Positions 27,930-36,786 are shown, counted from the stretch's first letter. The stretch is 64,000 nucleotides of DNA from Phycisphaerales bacterium (GCA_019744815.1 JAIEUA010000016.1:11502-75501), one strand, 5' to 3'. Made by a program: numbers and translations. Notes: generated by a model not told the origin, from the letters alone.

Positions 27930-30521
27930 TTAGTGCTGGCCGTCGTTCTCGGGAACGGTGGAGACCTTGGGCTGCTCGGGCTGCTGATTGCCCTGCTGCT
28001 TGGAGCCGCCGAAGAGCTTGCTGAAGGCGCTGGTGCGCTGCTTGGCCTGGGCGGGGTTGGCCGGTCCGTTCTGCGGGGCCTGAGCGACCGCGGTGCCGTT
28101 GCTGCCGTACTGCGTGCTGCTGGCGATCACCTGCCCGCGGCTGTTGAACTGCATGGTGTCGTAGCGGGGCACGAAGGCGGGCTGGGCGGGGACGTTGGCG
28201 ACAGCCTGCGGCGCGGGCTGCGAAGCAACCGGGTTCGCGGGCTGCTGCTGAGGCGCGGCGTTGGCAGCGACGGGCTGTGTCGAGGCCTGGGCCGCGGTGT
28301 CCGTGGACGCCTGTGAAGAGCTCGCCGCGGGCTGTTGGGCAGCGACCGGCGCGGGGTTCACCGGAGCGGAGGCGGCCGGGGCGGCGGCGACGGCGGGAGC
28401 GTTGCTCATGCCGGCGTCGGCGCGGGTCTTGGCGTTCTTGCCCTCGGAGGTGAGCATGTCGTCGAGCATGCTGCGGCTGGGCCAGCTGGACTTGCTGCCG
28501 CTGAGCTTCTCCTTGAGCTCGATGGCGTCGGGCTGGTGAGGGTTCATCGAGAGAGCCATGTGGAGCTTCCACAGCGCCTTCTCGTTCTTGCCCTCGGCGG
28601 CGAGCTTGCGGGCGTCGCTGACGAACTGGCTGGTCAGACGCTCGCGGCTGAACTCAAGGAGGCCCTCGCGAGCGCCGGCGCGGACGCGGGAGACGATCTC
28701 GTTGGACTTGGTGCCGGCCTCGGCGAGGAAGGAGTCGCTGACGACCGAGGGCGTGATCAGGAACATGATCTCCTGACGCTGGACCTCGTCTTCCTGGCCG
28801 CGGAAGGCCTTGCCGACGAGCGGAATGTCGCCCAAGAGCGGGACCTGGCGGCGGGCGGACTCGGTGCTCTCGCGGAAGAGACCGCCGAGGACCACGGTCT
28901 GCCCGTCACGGACGATGACGTTGGTGGTGAGCTCGTTGGTGATCTCGTCGGGAACGGTGACGGTGGAGCCGCCGCTGTTGCGGACGTCGCGGATGACGGC
29001 CGAGGAGACACTGGGCTTGAGCTCGAGGCGGATGGTGCCGTCGTTTCCGACGAAGGGTCGGAAGTGCAGCTGGGTACCAGTATCGAGGAACTGAACGGTC
29101 TGGGTGGTAGCGGTGTTGGTGCTGGTGGTGTTGAGGTAGCCGATGCGCTGACCGATCAGCACGCGGGCGGGCTGGCGGTTGAGGGCGAGGATCTTGGGGT
29201 TGGAGAGGATGGTGGTGTCGGTCACTTCATCGAGCATGCGGATGAAGACGCCGACGTTGCTGTTGTAGAGGCCGAGCTTCATGGTGCCGGGGCCGGAGGT
29301 GTTGCCGGGGGTGGAGGCGAGGCCGAACGCCTTGCCGACCTGGCCGGGGCCGACGACGGGAATGTCACCGGCGGAGGGGCTGGAGAGGCGGGACTTGTTG
29401 TTGACGATCATCGCGTCCGGCACGCGGAGCGGGCCGCCGACGGAGAGGAAGTCGCCGAAGTTGAGGTTGCCGAGGAGGGCGAAGTCGACGCCGAAGGCGT
29501 TGTTCTCGTTGAGCTGCGCCTGGAGGATGGTGGCCTCGACGAGGACCTGGGCCGGGCGGGTGTCGATTTCCTTGATGAGCTTCTCGATCTGCTCGACCTG
29601 CTCGGGGAAATCCCACACCATGATGGTGGACTCGCCGGAGTAGTCTTCGCCGCCGACCGGGACGTCGCTCTTGCCGGGGAAGTTGCCGACCTTGGCGTTG
29701 GTCTTGATGACGGATTCCTTGCTCAGGAGGGCCTGGGCGAAGGCGGCGGCGTCGACCGCGGAGATGTAGTTGAGCTTGATGACTTTCCAGACGCGCTGGC
29801 GAGCGGCCTGCTCGAGCTTCTGGAGGTCTTCGAGGGTGTAGACGTAGATGAAGTTGCCGCGCTCGATGTAGCCGTAGCCGTTGGCGTGGAGCAGGGCGTC
29901 GAGGGCTTCGTAGAAGGTCACGCCGTAGAGATTGGCGAAGACCTTCCCGTTGACGTTCTTGTGCGGGATGATGTTCTTCTGGCTCTGGAGGCTGAGCATC
30001 TCGAGCACCGCGGCGATCTCTTCGCCGTTGACGCGGAGATCGACGACGCCGTTGTCATCGACCTTGACGGCGTTGGAGCGGAGCGGCTTGACGGTGCGGG
30101 GCTCGTCGCCGGTGGCCTGAGTGCCGTTGAACGAGCTGGCGGGCTTGCCGGAGAAGGGGTCGGCGACCTGCGAGGCCTGGGCGTTCTGGTTGTTCGTCTG
30201 CGAGCCGCCGGTGACGGCGTTGGCGACGTTCTGCACGAGCTGGTTGAGCCCGGTGCTGGGGGCGTTCTGAGGGTTGGCCTGCGGGTTGGCCTGATTGTTG
30301 TTCTGGTTGTTGTTCTGGTTGTTGTTCTGGCCGTTGCCCTGGGTTGGGTTGTTGGGCTGAGCCGCGGGCTGGGAGCCGCCGCCCGCGACGGTGCTGACCT
30401 GAGCGCGGCCGACGGCGGCGCCGCAGATGGAGATGAGGATCGCGGCGGGCCAAGCGAGCTTGGACCAGTCGACGCGGGCGAGGCCGACGGAAGTCTTGGT
30501 GTGCGAGACGGTCTGCTGCAT
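27930..30521 (-). CDS. Secretin (GspD/PilQ family) with long low-complexity N- and C-terminal extensions
   Basis: Secretin core motifs ILSNPKILALNRQPARVLIGQ, ELKPSVS and VPLLGDIPLVGKAFR. N-terminal QNNNQNNNQNNNQ tract. C-terminal part of about 270 aa has a TPR-like helix pair and a PAQ-rich tail. Confidence 0.85.
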   Translation of the reverse strand: MQQTVSHTKTSVGLARVDWSKLAWPAAILISICGAAVGRAQVSTVAGGGSQPAAQPNNPTQGNGQNNNQNNNQNNNQANPQANPQNAPSTGLNQLVQNVANAVTGGSQTNNQNAQASQVADPFSGKPASSFNGTQATGDEPRTVKPLRSNAVKVDDNGVVDLRVNGEEIAAVLEMLSLQSQKNIIPHKNVNGKVFANLYGVTFYEALDALLHANGYGYIERGNFIYVYTLEDLQKLEQAARQRVWKVIKLNYISAVDAAAFAQALLSKESVIKTNAKVGNFPGKSDVPVGGEDYSGESTIMVWDFPEQVEQIEKLIKEIDTRPAQVLVEATILQAQLNENNAFGVDFALLGNLNFGDFLSVGGPLRVPDAMIVNNKSRLSSPSAGDIPVVGPGQVGKAFGLASTPGNTSGPGTMKLGLYNSNVGVFIRMLDEVTDTTILSNPKILALNRQPARVLIGQRIGYLNTTSTNTATTQTVQFLDTGTQLHFRPFVGNDGTIRLELKPSVSSAVIRDVRNSGGSTVTVPDEITNELTTNVIVRDGQTVVLGGLFRESTESARRQVPLLGDIPLVGKAFRGQEDEVQRQEIMFLITPSVVSDSFLAEAGTKSNEIVSRVRAGAREGLLEFSRERLTSQFVSDARKLAAEGKNEKALWKLHMALSMNPHQPDAIELKEKLSGSKSSWPSRSMLDDMLTSEGKNAKTRADAGMSNAPAVAAAPAASAPVNPAPVAAQQPAASSSQASTDTAAQASTQPVAANAAPQQQPANPVASQPAPQAVANVPAQPAFVPRYDTMQFNSRGQVIASSTQYGSNGTAVAQAPQNGPANPAQAKQRTSAFSKLFGGSKQQGNQQPEQPKVSTVPENDGQH

Positions 30522-30853
30522 GACGAATCCCCTCTGGGTACGGATGTCGCGTTTTCGGCCTCAAGCCCTGCGTGTGGGCGGCGCGGCACGTAGCGGACCT
30601 TCCGCCCGAGCACCGGCTGCGGGTTGTTTCGTCTGCTCCGGAGCGCGACTTTGGTGCAACTGGTTGGCGTGTGGCGGACTGTGCGCGTGCGCCGGTCCGT
30701 TTCGCCTCCGGGGGCGTGAAACCGCAAAATCTGCACGCCCAATAACGGGTCGGGTACACTGAACGCCGGGTGTGAGGCCCGGCGTTTGCAGAGGTGCGGC
30801 ACGGCGAGGGTTCTCGCTCCTGCCGCACGCACTGGCCCCCTGAGGAGACTCGG

Positions 30854-31951
30854 ATGGACTGGATCAAGAAACTGAAGGGCGAGCTGATCGACATCGTCGA
30901 GTGGCTCGACGATTCGCGGGACACTCTGGTCTATCGCTTCGAACGGCTCAACAACGAGATCAAGTACGGCGCGAAGCTGATCGTGCGCGAGAGCCAGGTC
31001 GCGGTGTTCGTCGACCAGGGCAAGATCGCGGATGTCTTCAAGCCCGGCATGTACACGCTCGACACCAAGAACCTGCCCATCCTTTCCACGCTGATGGGAT
31101 GGAAGTACGGGTTCGAGTCGCCCTTTAAGTGCGAGGTCTACTTCGTCAACACGCGGCAGTTCACCGACCTCAAGTGGGGCACGGCCAACCCGATCATGCT
31201 CCGCGACGCGGAGTTCGGGCCGATGCGGCTGCGGGCGTACGGCACGTACGCGTTCAAGGTCGGGGACGCGGGCGTTCTGGTCAAGGAGGTCGCGGGCACC
31301 AGCGGGCGCTTCACGGCCGACGGCATCACAGAGCAGCTCCGCAACTTCATTGTGACGTGCTTCAGCGATGCGCTGGGCGAGTCGAAGGTGCCGGCGCTGG
31401 ACCTGGCGGCTCGGTACCAGGAGATCGGCGGCGAGATCGCTTCGCGGATTCGGCCGACGTTCTCGCAGTACGGGCTGGAGCTGACGGCGTTCTTGATCGA
31501 GAACGTCTCGCTCCCGCCAGAGGTTGAGGCGGCGCTCGACAAGCGGACGAGCATGGGCGTCTTGGGCGACCTGAACAAGTTCACGCAGTTCCAGACCGCG
31601 ACGGCGATCGGGGACGCGGCGAAGAACAACGGGAACGGCGCGATGGCCCAAGGGATGGGCATGGGGGCCGGGTTTGCGATGGCGCAGCAGATGGCGGGGA
31701 GCATGAACGCGGCGACGAGCGCGCCGCCGCCGATGCCGGGGAGCGCGGCGGTGAAGTTCTTCGTGGCGCTCGACGGGCAGCAGGCGGGGCCGTTTGATAT
31801 CCACGCGCTGGGCGAGTTGGCCCGCAGCGGCAAGCTGACGGGCGAGACGCTGGTGTGGAAGCAGGGCATGGCGGCCTGGACGGCGGCGTCGAGCGTCGCG
31901 GAGCTGGGAGGAACGATCGGCGGGGCGCCGCCTCCGTTGCCTCCGAGGTAG
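30854..31951 (+). CDS. SPFH-domain protein (COG4260, YdjI-like) with C-terminal GYF_2 domain
   Basis: MDWIKKLKGELIDIVEW...KLIVRESQVAVFVDQGK...YFVNTRQFTDLKWGT is typical of the virion-core-like SPFH family. C-terminal FFVALDGQQAGPFDIHALGELARSGKLTGETLVWKQGMAAWTAA is GYF_2-like. GAGGAG precedes the ATG. Confidence 0.8.
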   Translation: MDWIKKLKGELIDIVEWLDDSRDTLVYRFERLNNEIKYGAKLIVRESQVAVFVDQGKIADVFKPGMYTLDTKNLPILSTLMGWKYGFESPFKCEVYFVNTRQFTDLKWGTANPIMLRDAEFGPMRLRAYGTYAFKVGDAGVLVKEVAGTSGRFTADGITEQLRNFIVTCFSDALGESKVPALDLAARYQEIGGEIASRIRPTFSQYGLELTAFLIENVSLPPEVEAALDKRTSMGVLGDLNKFTQFQTATAIGDAAKNNGNGAMAQGMGMGAGFAMAQQMAGSMNAATSAPPPMPGSAAVKFFVALDGQQAGPFDIHALGELARSGKLTGETLVWKQGMAAWTAASSVAELGGTIGGAPPPLPPR

Positions 31952-32022
31952 TGGCGGACGAGTCGGCGCGGCTGGCTGCGCTCGTTCGCGAGAGCGAGCA
32001 ACGCGGCGGGATGCTCCGGTCC

Positions 32023-32061
32023 ATCCGAGGCTTCCTCGCGGACTCGTCAGCCTCGGCGTCT
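32023..32061 (+). repeat. 39-nt intergenic repeat element, copy A
   Basis: ATCCGAGGCTTCCTCGCGGACTCGTCAGCCTCGGCGTCT; 37/39 identical to 40637-40675. Contains the CCGAGGC/GCCTCGG stem. Confidence 0.8.
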
Positions 32062-32116
32062 TTGCTGCGTGAACTATTGCGAACCGCGCTCCACCAAGAC
32101 TTTGCAAGCAGTTGTT

Positions 32117-32172
32117 CTGTTCGCCTGTTCTCCTGTTCTCCTGTTCGCCTCTTCTCCTGTTCCCTTGTCCTC
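32117..32172 (+). repeat. 7 x 8-bp tandem array (CTGTTCKC) ending 4 nt before a start codon
   Basis: Units are ctgttcgc, ctgttctc, ctgttctc, ctgttcgc, ctcttctc, ctgttccc, ttgtcctc, then gccc and the ATG at 32177. Confidence 0.9.
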
Positions 32173-32176
32173 GCCC

Positions 32177-33325
32177 ATGCCGGACGCTGAATCACAGACA
32201 GAACGCGGTGAGATCGAGCCGGTGGCGTCGGGGCTGGCGGCTTCACCGCGGACGTTTCCGTGCAAGGCGTGCGGGGCGGATCTGACGTTCTCGCCAGAGG
32301 ACCAATCGCTCAAGTGCTCGCACTGCGGGGCGGCGAACGAGATCGCGTTCACGCTCGAGGCGGTTGAGGAGCAGGACTATCAGCAGGCGCTGGCGACGAT
32401 TGAACGCACGGCGTTGACGGTGGAGCGGCTGGAGGTCCGCTGCGAGGCGTGCGGGGCGAATGTCCAGTTTGAGGACAACGTCACGAGCAAGGTGTGCTGC
32501 TTCTGCGGCACGCCGCTGGTGGCGGGCGCGGTGAGCGCCAAGCGGCTGAAACCGACGGGGCTGCTGCCGTTCGCGCTGTCGAAGCGGGATGCGGTCGAGA
32601 AGTATCGCGCCTGGCTGGCGTCGCTCTGGTTTGCACCCTCGAAGCTGGCACGGGAAGCGTCGATCGACTCGGCGCTGGTCGGGGCGTACATGCCGTTCTG
32701 GACGTACGACTGCGTGGCGACGACGGCGTACACCGGGATGCGGGGCGAGGACTACTGGGACACCGAGACGTACACGACGACGGTCAACGGGAAGCTGACC
32801 ACCCAGACGCGGCAGGTCCGCAAGACGCGGTGGTACCCGGCGGCGGGACGGGTGGTCGATGACTTCGACGATGTGCTGGTGCCGGCGAGCACATCGCTGC
32901 CCATGGAGAAGCAGATCGAGGCCGAGCCGTGGGGCTTGCGAGATCTGGTGGCGTACAAGGACGAGTATCTGGCCGGCTTCCGGTGCGAGTCGTACAGCGT
33001 GGACCTGGCGGAGGGGTTCAACGGCGCGAAGGTGCGGATGAGGCCGAAGATCGAGGAGACGATCCGGAGCGACATCGGGGGCGATCACCAGCGGATCCAG
33101 TCGATGAGCTCGCGGTACGACGAGATCCGGTTCAAGCACATCCTGCTGCCGTTGTGGGTGAGCACCTATCGCTACAACCGCAAGGTGTTCCGGGTGATCG
33201 TGAACGCGAGGACGGGCGAGGTGGTGGGCGATCGGCCGTGGAGCGGGTGGAAGATCGCGGGGTTGGTGATGACGATCCTGGTGATCGCGGGGATCGTGGC
33301 TCTCATCATCGCGGCGACCCGCTGA
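32177..33325 (+). CDS. Double zinc-ribbon membrane protein (YdjG-like partner of SPFH protein)
   Basis: Two CxxC...CxxC ribbons (CKACGADLTFSPEDQSLKCSHCG; CEACGANVQFEDNVTSKVCCFCG) and a C-terminal TM helix (IAGLVMTILVIAGIVALIIAA). Confidence 0.65.
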   Translation: MPDAESQTERGEIEPVASGLAASPRTFPCKACGADLTFSPEDQSLKCSHCGAANEIAFTLEAVEEQDYQQALATIERTALTVERLEVRCEACGANVQFEDNVTSKVCCFCGTPLVAGAVSAKRLKPTGLLPFALSKRDAVEKYRAWLASLWFAPSKLAREASIDSALVGAYMPFWTYDCVATTAYTGMRGEDYWDTETYTTTVNGKLTTQTRQVRKTRWYPAAGRVVDDFDDVLVPASTSLPMEKQIEAEPWGLRDLVAYKDEYLAGFRCESYSVDLAEGFNGAKVRMRPKIEETIRSDIGGDHQRIQSMSSRYDEIRFKHILLPLWVSTYRYNRKVFRVIVNARTGEVVGDRPWSGWKIAGLVMTILVIAGIVALIIAATR

Positions 33326-33389
33326 CCGCGATCCGGAAGCTCGTCCTCCCCAGTCTGGCCTCGTGCGGTACAGTCTGCTCGTGCTACCG

Positions 33390-34781
33390 ATGTCACGAAC
33401 CCGCCGATGGATCCGAGCGCTGCTCTTGCTGATCGCCGCGTGGACGCTGGTCGCGCTGCCATCGTGCTCTCGTTCGGAAGGTGCCGATCAGCCGGTCGAG
33501 ATCGAGTTCTGGACGATCGCCCTGGCGCGATTCGATTCCTACATCAACGCACAGATCCGCGGCTTCGAGCAAGCCCATCCGGGTGTCAAGGTCCGCTGGG
33601 TTGATGTTCCCTATACCGTGCTGGAGCGCAAGCTCATCTCCGCGGCCGCGGCGGGCCGGGCGCCCGACGTCGTCAACATGTCAGACGTGAACTACGCCCG
33701 GTTCGCCTCGCTCGGCGCGTTCGCCGATCTCACGACGCTGATCCCGACCGGCGCGGAAAGCCCTGAGCAACGCTATCTGCCCGGCTCGCTTTTCTTGTGC
33801 AAGGTGTACACCGGAGGCGGCAAGCGGCAACTGCTCGCCCTGCCGTGGTACGTCAACCCGCAGTCGAGCATCATCAACACCGATCTGCTCCAGCAGGGAG
33901 GACTGACGCTCGAGACCCTGCCGACGACCTGGCGGGGATTGCTCGCGCTGGCTCCGGAGTTCCGTCGGAAGACCGGCAAGTATCTCATAAGTCAGCCGCT
34001 GGGCCAAGAGAGCCAGCTCCCGATCATGCTGCTCTCCGAGGGGCTGCCGCCGCTGAAGGCCAAGGACCCCAAGAACCCCGACGCGGGCATCGAGGCCGAT
34101 CTGACTCGCAAGGACGTTCGCGACTACATCGCGCTGTGGGTGGAGACCTTCAAGAGCGGCGACATCCCGCGGGCCGCCGGAACGCAGGGGCACAGCCATC
34201 TGCTCGACCTGTATCAAGAGCAGTCCATCGCAGTGATCAGCACGGGTCCGAATCTGCTGAAGAATGTCCGCGACGTTTCTCCTAAGGCGTACGCCAACTC
34301 CACGGTGCGTGACGGCGTTCACGGACGCCTTGGGCGGGCGCACATGCCGATCATGGTGCTGTCGGTCACGAGCCAGTCCAAGCACCCCAAGGAGGCGGCG
34401 GCGCTGGCGTGGTGGATGACCGGACCCGAGGTCCAGCTGGAGTTCTGCAAGACCGTCCCGATCATGCCGAGCACGATCGCCAGCGTCAGCGATCCGTTCT
34501 TCAAGCCTTCCGACGCCGAGATGACAGGTGCGGACGGCTTGCTGGTGCGTGCCCGGCGGGTGGTGGCCGAGAGCCTGCCGACGGCGGTCGGCTTCACCGC
34601 GGCGCTGGAATCCTGGCCGGACCTTCGCCGGAGCTTCGAGGAGGGCATGAAGCGGGTGCTGCTCGACAACGCCGATCTCGATCAAGTTCTTGCCGAATTG
34701 AACGTCGAGTGGAACCGGATCCTCGCGGAGGCGTCGCCTGCGACCATGGAGGCGGTGCCGCAGCCCGACGTCGCTCGATAG
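33390..34781 (+). CDS. ABC transporter substrate-binding lipoprotein (family 1, sugar-type)
   Basis: Signal/lipobox LLLLIAAWTLVALPSCS. EFWT..., PDVVNMSD and LPWYVNPQ motifs typical of extracellular solute-binding family 1. Followed by two permease genes. Confidence 0.8.
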   Translation: MSRTRRWIRALLLLIAAWTLVALPSCSRSEGADQPVEIEFWTIALARFDSYINAQIRGFEQAHPGVKVRWVDVPYTVLERKLISAAAAGRAPDVVNMSDVNYARFASLGAFADLTTLIPTGAESPEQRYLPGSLFLCKVYTGGGKRQLLALPWYVNPQSSIINTDLLQQGGLTLETLPTTWRGLLALAPEFRRKTGKYLISQPLGQESQLPIMLLSEGLPPLKAKDPKNPDAGIEADLTRKDVRDYIALWVETFKSGDIPRAAGTQGHSHLLDLYQEQSIAVISTGPNLLKNVRDVSPKAYANSTVRDGVHGRLGRAHMPIMVLSVTSQSKHPKEAAALAWWMTGPEVQLEFCKTVPIMPSTIASVSDPFFKPSDAEMTGADGLLVRARRVVAESLPTAVGFTAALESWPDLRRSFEEGMKRVLLDNADLDQVLAELNVEWNRILAEASPATMEAVPQPDVAR

Positions 34782-34876
34782 CCGTCACAGCCGATTCCGA
34801 CTACCCGGGCGCGGATCTTCGTCCGCCCTCCGGAACATTCCCGACACGGCGGACACATTGCCGCTACATTCTGGGT

Positions 34877-35746
34877 GTGTCCGCGAACCGAAAGAACCAT
34901 CCCCTGGCTCCGGTGGCGTTTCTCGCGCCGGCGGTGATCGTGTTGGGCGTGTTCTTCGCGGGCTCGCTCGCGCAGGTCGTGTATCTGTCGTTCACTCGCT
35001 ACACGGCGTTCAGCGGGCCGGATTGGGTGGGGCTGGAGAACTACAGCCGCCTGCTAGCGAGCGAGCGGTTCTGGCGTGGGCTCCTCAACAGCGGCTTGTA
35101 CCTGCTCGTGACGCCCGCGATCATCGTGCTGAGTCTGCTGGCGGCGATGGCGGTCGAGGTGCGGCTTCGCGGCATGTCGTGGATGCGGTTGGCGTTGTTC
35201 CTGCCGGTCGTCACCCCCACCATCGTGGCGGCGTTGATGTGGCGGCTCTTGTACAACGAGGACTCGGGCGTGCTGAACGCGGCCCTGAAGGGGTTGGGGT
35301 TCGAGGGCATCCGCTGGCTGAGCGAGCGGCCCTGGACGCTGATCTCCGCCGCGCTCGTGACGCTGTGGAAGGGCTTCGGGTTTTACATGATGGTGTTTCT
35401 GGCCGCGTTGGCGAGCGTGCCGCGGGAGTTGCGTGAGGCGGCGGCCCTGGACGGTGCGAATCGGGCGCAGGTGTTCTGGACGGTGACGTTCCCGTCCATT
35501 CGCCCGGCGATCGCGCTCGTGTTTGTCATCTCCTCGATCTCGGCCCTGAAGGTCTTCGAGGAGTTGTTTGTCACGATCAAGGGTGCGCCGGTCTCGCACC
35601 AGACGGTCGTGCCGCTGATCTACCAAGTGGCGTTCGAAGAAGGCAACTACGGCATGGCCAGCGCGATCGGGATCACGCTGTTCGTCATCATCCTCGCGTT
35701 CAGCGTCGTGCAATTGAAACTCACCAGCCGCGGCGAACGCACCTGA
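34877..35746 (+). CDS. Sugar ABC transporter permease (MalF/UgpA-like)
   Basis: Six-TM permease with EAA loop (ELREAAALDGANRAQVFWTVTFPSIRP). GTG start at 34877 chosen; the ORF-track start at 34409 lies inside the SBP gene. Confidence 0.8.
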   Translation: MSANRKNHPLAPVAFLAPAVIVLGVFFAGSLAQVVYLSFTRYTAFSGPDWVGLENYSRLLASERFWRGLLNSGLYLLVTPAIIVLSLLAAMAVEVRLRGMSWMRLALFLPVVTPTIVAALMWRLLYNEDSGVLNAALKGLGFEGIRWLSERPWTLISAALVTLWKGFGFYMMVFLAALASVPRELREAAALDGANRAQVFWTVTFPSIRPAIALVFVISSISALKVFEELFVTIKGAPVSHQTVVPLIYQVAFEEGNYGMASAIGITLFVIILAFSVVQLKLTSRGERT

Positions 35747-35780
35747 TCGCCCGTTTCGCTTTTCCGACTGCTTTTCTGCC

Positions 35781-35820
35781 CCACTCCCCCACTGCTCCAC
35801 TGCTCCACTCCCCCACTGCA
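35781..35820 (+). repeat. 5 x 8-bp perfect-phase tandem array (CCACTSCY) ending 5 nt before a start codon
   Basis: Units are ccactccc, ccactgct, ccactgct, ccactccc, ccactgca, then cgccc and the ATG at 35826. Confidence 0.9.
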
Positions 35821-35825
35821 CGCCC

Positions 35826-36662
35826 ATGCCCTCCGACGTTCCCATGATCGACCGCCGCCCTGTCTGGAGCCTCACGCTCTGGTATCTGGTGGCGGCGTTG
35901 CTGATCCTGATGGCGGTGGGCCCGGCGATCTGGCTGATCGTGATCGCGTTCCAGCCTCCCGGCGGCGAGTTGTACTCGCTCAAGGGCGGCTTTACGCTCG
36001 ACAATTTCAGGGCGGCGTGGAGGGATGGGAATCTGGCCGGGCCTCTGTTCAACAGCGTGCTGGTGACGATCGTGCGGGCCGCGCTGAATGTCTTCATTGC
36101 AGCGCTGGCCGCGTACCCGCTGGCGCGGATGCGGTTCCGGGGGCGGGACACGGTGTTCGTGCTGCTGCTGGCAACGATGATGATTCCCGAGCAGGTGATC
36201 GTGGTGCCGATGTTCCGGATGATCGTGGGGATGGGTCTGTACGACACGCTGATCGCGGTGGTGCTGCCGTTCAGTGTGACGGCGTTCGGCATCTATCTCT
36301 GCCGCCAGGCGTTTCTGGCGATCCCCGATGAGGTGGAAGAGGCGGCCCGGATGGACGGGGCGGGAAGCCTGCGGATCTGGTGGAGCGTGATCCTGCCCTT
36401 GAGCGCGCCGACGCTGGCAACCCTGGCCCTGTTCAGCGTGATCGGAGCTTGGTCAGAGCTGCTGTGGCCGTTGATTGTGCTACAGGAGCAGAACAAGTTC
36501 ACGCTGCCGGTGGCGCTCAACAACATGCTGAGCCAGTTCGAGGCCAACACCCGGGCGGCGTACGCGGGCGCGGTGCTCTCGCTGGCGCCGATTCTTCTTC
36601 TCTTCGCGATCGCGCAGCGGTTCCTGAAGGCGGAGATCTTCGGCGGGGCTGTGAAGGGCTAG
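35826..36662 (+). CDS. Sugar ABC transporter permease (MalG/UgpE-like)
   Basis: EAA loop VEEAARMDGAGSLRIWWSVILPLSAP; six predicted TM segments. Confidence 0.85.
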   Translation: MPSDVPMIDRRPVWSLTLWYLVAALLILMAVGPAIWLIVIAFQPPGGELYSLKGGFTLDNFRAAWRDGNLAGPLFNSVLVTIVRAALNVFIAALAAYPLARMRFRGRDTVFVLLLATMMIPEQVIVVPMFRMIVGMGLYDTLIAVVLPFSVTAFGIYLCRQAFLAIPDEVEEAARMDGAGSLRIWWSVILPLSAPTLATLALFSVIGAWSELLWPLIVLQEQNKFTLPVALNNMLSQFEANTRAAYAGAVLSLAPILLLFAIAQRFLKAEIFGGAVKG

Positions 36663-36786
36663 CAGTCACCGTCCCGTCGGTGGCGGTGCCCGCCCTCTCG
36701 AGTGCGACGCATTCGGCCGGCCGAACACAGGACGATTCGGGTTGAGGGCGATATGCTTAGCACCGCGGCAAGGGCCGCGACATGCT

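Noticed and set aside
26304-28572. N-terminal extensions of the panC ORF (to 26957) and the TPR lipoprotein ORF (to 28572)
   Set aside because: The extensions overlap neighbouring genes or terminator hairpins and are P/R/S/A-rich. Canonical starts exist: GTG before VHLATSH... for panC, and a GGAGG-preceded MQIRH lipoprotein signal for the TPR gene.
28335-32107. Very long ORFs 28335-30593 (+, 752 aa) and 29918-32107 (-, 729 aa)
   Set aside because: These are shadows of the secretin and SPFH genes. They cross recognised gene boundaries and intergenic repeats, and their products are R/P/G-rich.
32117-35820. 8-bp tandem arrays and other short repeats as CRISPR arrays
   Set aside because: The units are 8 bp with no spacers, the total length is 40-56 bp, and no cas genes are present. 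They are microsatellite-like leaders, not CRISPR.
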